In this document: positions 50,501-61,820 of the stretch, piece after piece | Layout of the letters: each line of letters starts with the position of its first letter | How positions within the stretch are numbered: position 1 is the stretch's first letter | DNA from: Macrostomum lignano | Lineage: Eukaryota | NCBI GenBank assembly: GCA_002269645.1 | Contig: NIVC01002783.1 | Span: 1 to 64,000 of the forward strand | Length of the DNA stretch: 64,000 bases | Direction of reading: 5' to 3' | The notes under the pieces: generated by a model | What the model saw: only the letters and a program-made list of their open reading frames with translations | The model's database searches: none | Told to the model about the DNA's origin: nothing | Program-made: the position numbers and the translations under genes

Positions 50501-53500
50501 CGCAGATGGACTGGGGAGGTGCTGGCAACCCACAAACGAATTGGAAAAGGTGCTGGCAACCCGCAGATGGACTGAGAGAGGTGTTAGCAACCCACAGATG
50601 GACTGGGGGAGGTGTTAGCAACCCACAGATGGACTGGGAGAGGTGCTGGCAACCCACAAATGAATTAGAAAAGGTGCTGGCAACCCGCAGATGGACTGAG
50701 GGAGGTGTTAGCAACCCACAGATGGACTGGGGAGAGGTGTTAGCAACCCACAGATGGACTGGGGAGAGGTGTTAGCAACCCACAGATGGACTGGGGGAGG
50801 AGCTGGCAACCTGCAGATGGACTGGGGAGGAGCTGGCAACCCACAGATGGACTGGGGAGGAGCTGGCAACCCGCAGATGGACTGGGGGAGGAGCTGGCAA
50901 CCCACATATGGACTGGGGGAGGAGCTGGCAACCCACAGATGGACTGGGGGAGGTGTTAGCAACCCACAGATGGACTGGGGGAGGTGTTAGCAACCCACAG
51001 ATGGACTGGGGGAGGAGCTGGCAACCCAAAGATGCGCTACACTGAAGCAACCCCGTTTTAGCGCGCATCATCAGGTGCAGAGCTACCAGTAGGGAAATCG
51101 ATGCTACCAACCCAAACCTTCCCACTCTGACCAGGTGGTGGCCGAATACGAGCGGGCCGTGATCTTCCGCCTTGGTCGAATACTCGAAGGCGGCGCCAAA
51201 GGCCCCGGCCTGTTCTTCATTGTGCCCTGCATGGACATCATTCGCAAGGTGGACCTGCGCACAGTGACCTTCGATGTGCCGCCGCAGGAGGTGAGCAAGC
51301 TTCAACTGGTTGCTAATTGCGAAAGCTAGGACCCCCAAAGACAACTAAAATTTGACAGGACGCCAGACCATGGACAACAGTAGCAAACGACAGGCCATGG
51401 TTTTTATGTCAATTGTCTGAAATATGATTAATAAGTGTTATTAAAGGTATGCCACAACGGGGATCGAACTCAGGTCTTATGGCGCAATCGATGCATTGAG
51501 CATCTGGCCAAGGTTACAAAAATAGCTGACTGGACTAACTTCTGGGGTTTTTAGCGGTCACAAAAATAATAGCAGCGCGAGTGGCTATTTTCTGAAATAG
51601 CAAAGCCAATCAAGGCAGTTCAGTTCTATAAAGTGAGGATAAATTTCCCGAAGGGCGCCGCTCTGCGCTGGGGTAATTGGATTTCTTATTATTCATTGTT
51701 TCGCGGCGAGCGCCTCATGAGGGAGGGGCCGCCGGGCTTCGGCCCTCAGTGTCGGAGCGAGTCGGCCGGTCGCGTGCGTGGAGGGCGGGGACTCCGCATT
51801 TCTGTCTTATTTTTCTAATCAATTCCGCCGCTGGCAGACCGGGGCTGGCCAGGCGGGGGGGGGTCGCTGGGAAGGAGGATGCAGGAAGGTACGCCAGGGA
51901 AGTCTGGAAGAGGGCGGAGAGGGAGAGAAAATGAAGAGAGCACTTCAGGATTCAGGTGAGTAGGATTTGTCCCAGAGTCTAGGGTCTGACTACTCCTGAA
52001 TATTTACAGAAAAAATGCATTAAAAAGCCAGCGCAAAAACGTCTCCATCCCAGGCGTTGGACAAGTATGGAGCGTCGAATTTGGTAAAAAGAAAGCAAAG
52101 CCGATCAGGCTGGCTTTTTGGTTGGCTGACGAACTAACAGAGACGGGAGTGATAGAATCACATTGCGGACACACTGTAGCTGTGTTTGCTTGCATAGGCC
52201 GCACACTGACTGATGATGAGTCCGTTCAGAGATGCTGGGGTGTCAGCACAGTAGTGATGGAGCTTTGCAGTTTGCGCACATCTTCATCCTGCTCTATAGT
52301 GCGGCCATTTTGGGCTTACTGGCTGGGATGACCCCATCTCCCAGAGTCTAATCTCCTCATTATTCCGCATCTCAATTACCACCTAGGCCATCCCGCGCCT
52401 GTGACCAGAATCACCATCCCTTCACCTTCCCAAATCCCAAATGGGAATTATCTTGTTTCTCGCCTGTCGTCCCTTCATGCAACACCGATCCATTAATCGG
52501 GTCAGGCCTTCCTCCTTTGACCCGGGACCTCTCAGTCTGCCGCGTTAATCTGGGCCTCTCAAGTGTGAGCGACGAGTGCGTGAATGCAGCCCTGTCGTCC
52601 GTCGTCTTGTGCAGCGCGTCGCGATGATGGACGGATCTAAGGGGCTGGGTGAGAGGCGGGCAGGGCTGTACCACACCGAGTGTTCATTTTGCCGTGACGC
52701 ATTCTCTTTATGATTTATCATATTTTTTTCACCGCAATGAGTGCAAGATGATTTTCAGTGCATGCTTTCTATTCAAGTGGAAATGCTTGCAATATTCTAA
52801 GAATCCTTGACTTTGTCTGTCCGGTGCAGGTGCTCACGAAGGACTCTGTCACGGTGGCCGTTGACGCGGTCGTGTACTACAGAATCTACAACCCAGTGAT
52901 CGCCGTAACTAATGTTGAAGACGCGGACAGGTCCACCCGCCTGCTGGCCGCCACCACCCTGCGCAACGTGCTGGGCACGAAGAACCTGTCCGAGATTCTG
53001 TCGGAACGCGAGAGCATCAGCAACATGATGCAGGCGAGTGCTCAGGAATTGTGCTTGCCATTTCTCATGCCTAATAATGCCATGTTGAATTGAGCTCAAA
53101 GAGGTGCTGCTCTCAGTCTCAAAGAGTTGCTTTTGCGTTTTTTGCTACATTGCATCGCTAAAACTGTCGGGTCTGGCAGCAAATCGGTCTGTTGCTTGAG
53201 GCAAAAAGTGAAACAGCGAAGGCATTGCAGTCTACTGTATCTACACGCATTCTCATGCTTCCTACTCAGCTCTCACGGCATCCCTGCCTCAGGCTGAGAA
53301 AGCGCCCACTGAACTACTGTAGTGTGTAGCATTTTTCTTGGCGCGAAGTGCCTGTCTGTGCCTCAGTCCGCATCGCTACTATGCATGGATCCGCCTGGCA
53401 ACTCTACAAACTAAAAGCGAAATGCACAAAAAGCAGACAGGCGGAAAGAAGGGGCAGGGCATGCAGGGTGAGAGGCAACGAGGAAGCGGCGATGATGAGG

Positions 53501-56500
53501 AAGAGCAGGGCAGCTGGGAGGGCGGCGCAGAGGTGGCGGCGCGCGGCGTCAGCTGGTGCCAGGAAGGCTTGTCAGCTTTGCGTGACTGATGCTGAGCAAA
53601 CATTGCCCTCCCCGGTCATCTGCTGGCCACCACCCTCAGCCGCAGCTGCAGGGTGCATGGAAGATTGCCTTTTTAGTGACGGTCAAACTGCGCTACCCGC
53701 CAGCCGTCCAGCCATCAGCACCAACTTTTCTGATCATGAAAAAGTGTCGGGGGAAAGTTTATCCCGGACCTTCCGTCCGCCGCCTCTCCGACCGAGTAAT
53801 TTAATTTTTTTTCACCTCACTTCTCAGTGCTCAAACAGTAGTCCTGCTGCAGCGTTTCAGTGTCCAGTCCATCTCCTTTTTCAGCTTGTCAGTCACACGC
53901 AAGCTAGCCAGTCCAATTTAAAGCCCAGTCAAAGCTCCAATCCATCGCGTCTGAGAACAAATTGGTTGCATGCGGCTCAAAGCCGGAGGCGCCACACTCC
54001 GTGTTCAATTTCCTGAACTGGGCCGCCAGCATCCGTTTTCAGACTGAAAGTGGGTGTTAACCAGGAAATTTGCCATCAAAGACGTCCTGCCTTTTTTGCT
54101 GCCTTTGCTGGGGAGGCCAAAATTTATTCTTTGCCTTGATTTTACCGCAACAGGCCAATTTTCTTGCTTGCTTGATGCTTTTGAGACAGGCTCAGTGTAG
54201 CAGCACTCGCTTAAGTGAATTTTTTCTGCATTATCTAGAAAGGAAGCAATAAAGTATGTTTTGTTTGTCATATTTGTGTCCGAAGTGATATTTTCCATCC
54301 ATATTCATCTAGATACTAGCTCGTAAACTAGGGGATTCACCTGATAGCCTTGACCTTCATGACTCACTTGATAGCCTTGACCCTTCCTGACTCACTTGAT
54401 AGCCTTGACCTTCCTGACTCACTTGATAGCCTTGACCTTCCTGACTCACTTGATAGCCTTGACCTTCCTGACTCACTTGATAGCCTTGACCCTTCCTGAC
54501 TCACTTGATAGCCTTGACCCTTCCTGACTCACTTGATAGCCTTGACCCTTCCTGACTCACTTGATAGCCATGACCCTCCCTGACCCTCTTTCGATTGCCA
54601 TGACCCTCCCTGACCCTCTTTCGATTGCCATGACCCTCCCTGACCCTCTTTCGATTGCCTTGACCCTCTCTGACACTCTTTAGATTGCCTTGACCCTCTC
54701 TGACACTATTTCGATTGCCTTGACCCTCCCGGACCATCTCTCGATTGCCTTGACCCTCCCTGATCATCTCTCGATTCCCTTGACCCTCCCTGATCATCTT
54801 TCGATTGCAATGACCCTCCTTGATGATCTCTCGATTGCCTTGACCCTCCCTGATCATCTTTAGATTGCCTTGACCCTCCCTAACTCTCCCTCGATTGCCT
54901 TGACCCTCCCTGACTCTCCCTCGATTGCCTTGACCCTCTCTGACACTCTTTCGATTGCCTTGACCCTCCCTGACTATCCCTCGATTGCCTTGACCCTCTC
55001 TGACCATCTCTCGATTGCCTTGACCCTCCCTGACCATCTCTCGATTGCCTTGACCTTCCCTGACTCTCCCTCGATTGCCTTGACCCTTCTGACTCTCTCT
55101 CGATTGCCTTGACCCTCTCTGACACCCTTTCGATTGCCTTGACCCTCTCTGACCATCTCTCGATTGCCTTGACCCTCTCTGACACCCTTTCGATTGCCTT
55201 GACCCTCTCTGACCATCTCTCGATTGCCTTGACCCTCCCTGACCATCTCTCGATTGCCTTGACCCTCTCTGACACCCTTTCGATTGCCTTGACCCTCTCT
55301 GACCATCTCTCGATTGCCTCGACCCTCCCTGACTCTCCCTCGATTGCCTTGACCCTCCCTGACTCTCCCTCGATTGCCTTGACCCTCTCTGACACTCTTT
55401 CGATTGCCTTGACCCTCCCTGACTCTCCCTCGATTGCCTTGACCCTCCCTGACTCTCCCTCGATCGGCTTCACCCTCCCTGACCATCGAATGCCATCTTG
55501 ACTAGGCCCGACTCTGTGGACACAAGATCAAGCATGTAGCGGCCAGTTGGCCAACAAAAGTCTTCATCGAACTCGATGGAGGGCACCCCCATCGCCCGAA
55601 TCTGTTTGCAATTCTAGGCCATGCTGGATGACGCCACAGACCCCTGGGGTGTCAAGGTGGAGCGAGTTGAGGTGTAAGTCTCAGACACTTTGATTCTATT
55701 AATTTTAACTCGACGCCCCTCCCGCCCCTCCCACTTTTCCTATTTTTTCCTTCCGACGGCTGACGCAACTCGCAGGAGTCCCTCGACGACGCCACAGACC
55801 CCTGGGGTGTCAAGGTGGAGAGGGTCGAGGTGTAAGTGAAAACGATCTGGACTGCTGACCCTCGAAGGCGTAGGGAAAGCAAATTCTGAGCTGCTATTTT
55901 TGTCGCTTCTGTGGGGAAATTCGGGGCGAGGGGATGATATTAGCGACACCCGGCTTGTCGGTGGCGGCTTTCCTGCACTGCACTGGCTGGCATTGCACTG
56001 TGCTTCACTGGTGGCGGCACGGCGCGTTCGCGGTCTGGTTAATCTCTGTTTACTGTTTATGAATACTCGATTATTGATGTAGTGCTGGAAAATGTGCGAA
56101 TTTGTGCCCTAGTTTCAAATTCTTCATACCTTCAGAGTGAACTAGAGCTGATCAGTATAGGTCACTCTAATATCTAGTGTCAGAACGAACTAAAGCTGAT
56201 CAGTATAGGTCACTCCAATATCTAGTGTCAGAACGAACTAGAGCTGATCAGTATAGGTCACTCCAATATCTAGTGCCAGAGTGAACTAGAGCTGATCAGT
56301 ATAGGTCAGTATGTCACTATGATTAATAGCTAGTGTCGGAGTGAACTATAGAGCTGATCAGTATGTCACTATGACTAATAGCTAGTGTCGGAGTGACCTA
56401 CAGTTGATCAGTCCAATAGCCGTTATCGCAAATTCGATTTCATTTTCAAATTTAGAAATCGCACTCATTGTAAACCTTTTTCCATCGGATATTAACCTCA

Positions 56501-57947
56501 TTTAGTGTGCAACTTTCCTCTTGCTTTTATAATTTGCTTCAAAATTGAGCAGCAATTTAGTTACTGATCAGTTAAAAAATTGCACATTTTATACAGTTTC
56601 AGTAAAACAAATTGAACGAAAAAATCCGGAAAATTTAGCGCTGTTATATCCCATAGCAATCGACAGAGTTTCGTGCTATTTTAAACACCTTCCTCTCCAA
56701 CTGTATGTAGCTGCTATTGCTGATGCCTGCGCCCAGCATGCCACAGGACTGACTGGCGGCCTGTAACTGACGCTGCTTATCCAGGAAGTCCGAAGCACCA
56801 TTGCTGGCTTTTTCTTTCTTACCAAGCTGTTTGTTGTTGCTGCATTGAGCCAGAGAATCTGTATCCTGACCACCTATATTCAAAGCTTCTATTCTTTTCA
56901 TCAAACACATTTTAAGCTTCTCCATCCAGTCATGCACTCAGTTTTTTTTGCACTTTCCTTTCTCGCTTCTCTATTTACTAGAGCTCACGGTCTCCATCAG
57001 TCAGTCGCCCAGCTTCCTCCCCGGGGCCCAGAGGAGGAGGGATAAGTGGAGAGGAGGGAGAGGGGAAAGTGTAGAGAGTGGCAGGCCAAGGCTGCACCGG
57101 CGTCTGCGACAAACTCCTTCCAGCCGCAGTAGCCGGCGGCCCGGTTTCCCGCTCGCTCTTTTTTTTCCTATCCTAGCCGACCGCTCGCCTTCGCCCGTCT
57201 GTCCGCACCGCCCCGCCTCCGCCACTCCGCATTCCAGCAAAGATGTCCGACTGCCAGTGCAACTGCAGCGGGCCATGGCTGCCGAGGCCGAGGCTGCGAG
57301 AGAGGCTCGCGCCAAGGTGAGAGCTGGGTCTGGGGCTGGGGCTGGGGCTGGGGCTGGGGCTGGGGCTGGGGCTGGGGCTGGGGCTGGGGCTGGGGCTGGG
57401 GCTGGGGTTGGGGCTGGGGTTGGGGCTGGGGCTGGGGCTGGGGCTGGGGCTGGGGCTGGGGCTGGGGCTGGGGCTGGGGCTGGGGCTGGGGCTGGGGCTG
57501 GGGCTGGGGCTGGGGCTGGGGCTGGGGCTGGGAGTTTGGATCTGGACAGGGGGCTGGGCTGAAGTGTACGGCTCGGTTGAGAGGAAAAATGAGCTGGCAA
57601 AGCAGCCCAGAAACAGTAATCAAAAAATCAATAATCAGAATGAAATAGTCCAGAAAGACTACAGAAGCTGCTATAAAACTTAATCGGGAAACAATTCTCT
57701 TGGATTGATTAACAAAGTCAGCAAAGCGAGAGCCGAACCGACAATTCAGGTGATCGCAGCTGAGGGCGAGCAGAAGGCCTCCCGGGCCCTGAAGGAGGCC
57801 GCCGACGTCATCAACGAGTCGCCGTTCGCGCTGCAGCTGCGCTACCTGCAGACGCTCAACACGATCTCGGCCGAGAAGAATTCCACCATCATATTCCCGC
57901 TGCCTCTGGAGATTCTGTCCAACTTCATGCACAGGCCGCCTCTGTGA
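29488..57947 (+). CDS. STOM-like: Stomatin / MEC-2-like SPFH (band 7) protein, multi-exon, alternatively spliced (~283-306 aa)
   Basis: Common exons 50066-50175 (hydrophobic hairpin [27 protein letters not shown]), 51135-51290 ([15 protein letters not shown]...[14 protein letters not shown]), 52830-53033 ([19 protein letters not shown]...[16 protein letters not shown]), 55618-55673 or 55776-55831 ([15 protein letters not shown]), 57238-57316 ([26 protein letters not shown]) and 57750-57947 (VIAAEGE...LQLRYLQTL...[11 protein letters not shown]). Phases are consistent. The first exon is 29488-29563, 44814-44931 or 49547-49595. Confidence 0.95.
31460..33622 (+). repeat. 32-bp minisatellite (AGAAGTGACTGTCAGTGACTGAACAGCCGCAT)n
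   Basis: About 67 units; rare variants recur at ~1053-bp spacing (31864 and 32917). Confidence 0.97.
34558..35085 (+). repeat. 42-bp minisatellite (ACTGCAGATCTACATGGATAGATCAGAGCTCTAGCTGTAATA)n
   Basis: About 12.5 units; produces the [14 protein letters not shown] pseudo-ORF 34497-35096. Confidence 0.96.
35925..36320 (+). repeat. Degenerate repeat (GAGGATTCCCCCAATGG core)
   Basis: Recurrent motif with ~20-bp spacing. Confidence 0.8.
37624..40453. mobile_element. hAT/Charlie-like MITE whose interior is a 2.6-kb purine tract
   Basis: TIRs CAGGGGTCGGCAAACT (37624-37639) and AGTTCGCCAACCCCTG (40438-40453), 14/16 match; Charlie-type GCGGGCCGGA subterminal motifs at 40368-40437. No matching TSD found. 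Confidence 0.55.
37690..40335 (+). repeat. Homopurine (G/A) compound repeat, ~2.6 kb
   Basis: Units such as GGGAGATAAGGGAGGGGAGAGGAGAGAA, with very few pyrimidines; source of the 903-aa LSSP pseudo-ORF. Confidence 0.97.
41515..42625 (+). repeat. 37-bp minisatellite with two sub-types
   Basis: GCATCCAGATGGAGTGAAAAGCCTCTTGTTGGTTCAC up to ~42080, then GCATCCAGATGGAGCTAACAACCTCTTGTTGGTTCAC. Confidence 0.96.
44814..44931 (+). CDS. Stomatin candidate alternative first exon 1b ([39 protein letters not shown])
   Basis: In-frame ATGs at 44814 and 44823, donor G|GTGAGT, phase 1. Confidence 0.68.
45065..46855 (+). repeat. 33/34-bp minisatellite (GGTGTCTATCGCTATTAG(T)CATTTGTCTACTCCA)n
   Basis: About 53 units starting ~130 nt after the exon 1b donor. 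Confidence 0.97.
47640..48455 (+). repeat. AT-rich 22/23-bp minisatellite (AATAAACAGTTTATGATCAATC)n
   Basis: Degenerate units read directly. Confidence 0.92.
48785..49115 (+). repeat. Pyrimidine-rich repeat (CTCCTCCGCCCCTTCTTCCGT-like)
   Basis: Read directly. Confidence 0.88.
49547..49595 (+). CDS. Stomatin candidate alternative first exon 1c ([16 protein letters not shown])
   Basis: GCCGCCGCCATG context, TATAAATA at ~49442, donor A|GTGAGC, phase 1. Confidence 0.6.
50392..51030 (+). repeat. ~30-bp G-rich minisatellite (GCTGGCAACCCACAGATGGACTGGGGGAGGT)n
   Basis: About 20 units in intron 50176-51134. Confidence 0.94.
51450..51515 (-). mobile_element. tRNA-derived SINE-like head
   Basis: Minus strand TGGCCAGATGC (A-box-like)...GAGTTCGATCC (B-box-like). 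Confidence 0.3.
54335..55490 (+). repeat. 27-30-bp minisatellite whose unit drifts along the array
   Basis: TTGATAGCCTTGACCTTCCTGACTCAC changes to TCGATTGCCTTGACCCTCTCTGACCATCTC; ends ~130 nt before the first duplicated exon. Confidence 0.95.
55618..55673 (+). CDS. Stomatin mutually exclusive exon A ([19 protein letters not shown])
   Basis: TTCTAG| acceptor, |GTAAGT donor, 56 nt, phase 0 to phase 2. Confidence 0.88.
55776..55831 (+). CDS. Stomatin mutually exclusive exon B ([19 protein letters not shown])
   Basis: CTCGCAG| acceptor with CTGAC branch candidate at 55760-55764, |GTAAGT donor, 56 nt, same phases as exon A. Confidence 0.85.
56135..56410 (+). repeat. ~48-bp minisatellite (GAGCTGATCAGTATAGGTCACTCCAATATCTAGTGTCAGAACGAACTA)n
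   Basis: About 5 degenerate units. Confidence 0.85.
57324..57532 (+). repeat. (GGGGCT)n hexamer repeat immediately after a splice donor
   Basis: About 35 units starting 7 nt after the donor at 57317. Confidence 0.97.
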
Positions 57948-58278
57948 TGGCCGGGCCTGAAGGCGAATCTCAGCGCAGTTGACGAGCGAGCTGTGTTAAA
58001 AACGAACGCAGATGAACCTTAATAATCGTGTAAATTCACAACTGTTTTGCACCGTGGGGGGCCACCAACTGTATGCATGTTAAATAGCGACGGAACTGAA
58101 TTCGCCACCTCATCAAAAGTACATCCTTCGCTTCACAGCAAAATGCTTACTTGCCCCCCATTCTGATGCTCTCATCATGAATTGTCTGATCCAATGAACC
58201 CGAATTCACGATTCTGCTGATCGGCAAGCACATTGCAACTTACGAACGTTAAGCTTCTCCACCTCTCAATAAGTCGTC

Positions 58279-58284
58279 AATAAA
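58279..58284 (+). terminator. Candidate polyadenylation signal of the stomatin gene
   Basis: AATAAA ~330 nt after the stop codon, followed by a T-rich stretch. Confidence 0.4.
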
Positions 58285-58444
58285 GTTAATTTTTTTTTAA
58301 GAACAAGGAAGCGAGCTACTCGCTTATACTTATATTTTATCTCTGAAATAGGAATAATAACAACCAAAAAAGTCAAACTTTGTAAACTCAGTTGTTCCAC
58401 TTTTATGCAATTCCTTTCCACTTGGTAAAGTCAACCACACTCCA

Positions 58445-58842
58445 TCCCTGTGTGCACTCCCACAGCCACCCAATCCAAGGTTCGCCGTCTCCTCTTACCC
58501 CACAACCCCCACCTCACTCTATCCTGTGTACACTCCCACAGCCAACCCAATCCAACGTTCATCGTCTCCTACCCTCAGACCCCCACCTCACTCTATCCTG
58601 TGTACACTCCCACAGCCAACCCAATCCAACGTTCATCGTCTCCTACCCTCAGACCCCCACCTCACTCTATCCTGTGTACATTCTCACAGCCAACCCAATC
58701 CAACGTTCACCGTCTCCTACCCCCAAACCCCACCTCACTCTATCCTGTGTACACTCCCACAGCCAACCCAATCAAACGTTCACCGTCTCCTACCCCAAAC
58801 CCCACCTCACTCTATCCTGTGTACACTCCCACAGCCAAACCA
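58445..58842 (+). repeat. 74-bp C-rich minisatellite
   Basis: About 5.5 units (ACCTCACTCT at 58511, 58585 and onward). Confidence 0.93.
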
Positions 58843-60188
58843 ATTTACAACCAGAAAAATAACGAAAGAAAACAGCAGAAAATGAAAAATGTGCTAAAGG
58901 CAAAGCGTTTCAGTTGCTGATAATTTCCATTCGCTTTGAGCTCGTCATTCTGACTTATTTTTAAAATGACAATGATGATGAGATAGAGAAGCTGGAAGAA
59001 CGATCATCTATTTAGATATCTGTATTATTGTCGGAACAAGAAACTTTTCTGCGCATGCCTATCCTGATGTGTTTTTTCTATAGCAATGGTATTAGTAGCC
59101 GTCTGATCCAAGGACTTCTTAATTAAACGATACTTAGTCGTCCTTGGTCTGGACATTTTAACTAATTATATTTTCTCGGGCAAAGTTTTAAACTATTCAT
59201 AAAATTATTGATTAACCGATGTTAACAATTTTTGCATACAACAAACCATACGTGAGCATACATGAGTGAGTACAGTCACAAGAGTAAACTGGACTGGCGA
59301 AAATTGCTGTGCACTCTATATTTACTATCTGAAAAAGTACTCAGATATTTATAATGCAGCTTATTTACCATTGTCAGTTTTCTATCCTATCAATTTCATT
59401 TTGCTGTCACTTTTCTGGAATCGAGCAAGTCTACCTTAGTACCCGTATGTACTCCTTTGAAGTCAATCAAAGCAGCTCCTTGTTTTAATCTTCTCTTCTT
59501 ACCCTGATGCAGTTGTAAGCAGCAATAGTTTTTGTGACCGCCCCTTCTAATATTTTAAATCTCATCTGCTGCTCCACCGAACCAATAACCTAGTGCTTAT
59601 CGGTTTTCACATTTTCCAGAAAGAAACATGTCGCTGTAAAATTCAAAAGAAGAAAAAGCATTGGTTACCAAAAAATAAATACACATTACCCAAATCTCTT
59701 GCTAATAAAACAATACAACTGACTTGCGGGGCAGCACTTGAACCCAGAATCTGCAGGCAAGCGCTGCAGAGCCGAACGGAGCCTCAGAAAATATGCCGAG
59801 TTCTTCGATGCGTGAAAGCCTTCTGCTCTGCCCAGCCCCCCCCCCACGCTACTGTGCCCATGGCATTGGCCCGTCCCCAAGGGGCAGCCTTCGACTTCCT
59901 TTCTGGGCGCAGCAGGGGAGAAGCATCGATGATTGGGACATTGGTAGGAATATTCGACCACAGTATTGGAGAGCAGACTCTGCTTGGCTGTTGCTTTAAA
60001 ATCCTAAGTCTTAAAAATAGCTGGTCTGCTTGTAAGGAGGCTTAGAAACGTCCAGAACGGCAAAATATTCTGTTGAATATATGAGAAGTCTCTCTACGCA
60101 GTGCAATGGTTTGAGTCCATCAGAAATCCGTGAACTAGTACAGGGAATTGCATACAACAATAAATACATGTAGCACCACCCAGCTGTA

Positions 60189-60530
60189 TAGCATTTTGCA
60201 AGCTAGTAGAGCTTATGGACAAACAAATGAATTCAATATAGAAAAAGCGCATGCACTTTTATCCTCCATGCTTGTTATTGTCTATGGTAAAAACTGTGTC
60301 AAATTGTCAAGCGAATGATGAATCCTTTAGGCACACATTTAAGCTGGAAATCAGAGAAGACGCACAGAAGGTGCTTAACGTGCGCTCAAATGATTCAATC
60401 GTTTCAAGATTTGACTCAGTTTTTACCATAGACAATAACAAGCATGGAGGATAAAAGTGCATGCACTTTTTCTATATTGGATTCATTCGATTGTTCGTAA
60501 GCTCCACTACATGCAGCTTGCAAAATTCTA
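60189..60530. repeat. Long inverted repeat / foldback element
   Basis: 71-bp core arms 60234-60304 and 60409-60479 pair with 2 mismatches; pairing extends more loosely to 60189 and 60530. Confidence 0.85.
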
Positions 60531-61820
60531 CGTCTTGTACTCGTATTATCGCAAGTATCCGCATTTATTTAATTCAACAATAATAGCAATTTCAGTTACG
60601 AGTGCAACTTAACCGCAGTCATATTGTTGACATCTGTGCAGGTACACTGCAACTGCTAGCTGGGGTACCAGACTCCTGCACTGATGCACGGCTTTTCTCT
60701 ATACGTATAGAATTTGATTCCACGGTGGATGAATGCAGCTCAATGCTGAAGAATATTGGCACTTCTGTTACAGTTTAGCTAACGAGTACGAGTAATTCTG
60801 ACTTCTTCTTTGCCAGCCTATTTCCTTGTTGCTTCTGCTTTGAAAAAGACACAAAAAGACCGGCGCAGGGGATCGGGGATCCGCAGTTTCTACTGGAAAA
60901 TTTCCTCGAATCGTCGTACTTCGGAAAAATTTCCGAAGCTTTTAGCCTTTAGGAAGCTCGAACCCTTGTCCTGGGGCGGTGTTGTACATGTATGCGAATG
61001 TTCTTCAAATTTATAACGTTGCGAATACTTGATTTTCTCGATTAGCCAGGGGAAGCTTTTTTCTGGTTTTTATATCCAGCCTTGATATACCAACTTCGAA
61101 ATAAGAGTAGCTACGAACCTGCTTTTTCCTATGGAAAAGACTTCCATTTGTTAGCTAGTAAAGGCTCGCATATTGTAGGAGCACATTCAATTATATACAC
61201 AACGAACTTGAATCCCTGTCCTCCTGTACGCTCGTACAATGGTTGTCGCATAGAACGACAATTAGGCCTGACATGCAAAAGTCATCACAGGTCGCTTAGC
61301 CAGCGTGGCGATCAAATCCTTCCTTGGTCTCGTACGTCATCGAGCTACTTTTACTGTAGCTCTTATTTCATAAACTCGCACTAGTAAATGTCTTAAAACG
61401 ACACACTCGTAACACAGGTAATGCAAAACTTCATAAAGACACCAATTCGACTTTGGAGGGCCGCAGATTTCACGCACCAGCCTCGTGGCACATGTGGAAC
61501 TATCAATTTTGGAAAGCTCACGCTTCGATGGGCCCTAAATAATAGATGCGTGCAGTCCTGAAGTGATTGTTATTTGCACAGCGTCCAGGTGACCCGCAAA
61601 AGCAGATAAGCTTATATGACTAATCCAACTCTGGATTTGCTGCCACCAGTCAGAAATTATTGCAAACTTAAGCGACAAAACGGCAAACAAGAACAGATAA
61701 GCTTGGTTATCGATGGGTAAACTAAATAAAATGCAACGACGCTGCGATTTCGCGTTCCATGCGGCCACAAAAGACCCGTTTTCATCTATCGCCAATGCCA
61801 GGAACGTCTTGAAATCGTCC

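Noticed and set aside
51931-51961. ATG plus strong donor CAG|GTGAGT inside a stomatin intron
   Set aside because: The ATG frame ends in phase 1 but the next exon (52830) needs phase 0, and the phase-0 frame contains a TGA. At most a non-coding exon; unsupported.
57001-57932. Poly-PA, poly-PQ, poly-GA and poly-GL ORFs
   Set aside because: Frames of the intronic (GGGGCT)n repeat.
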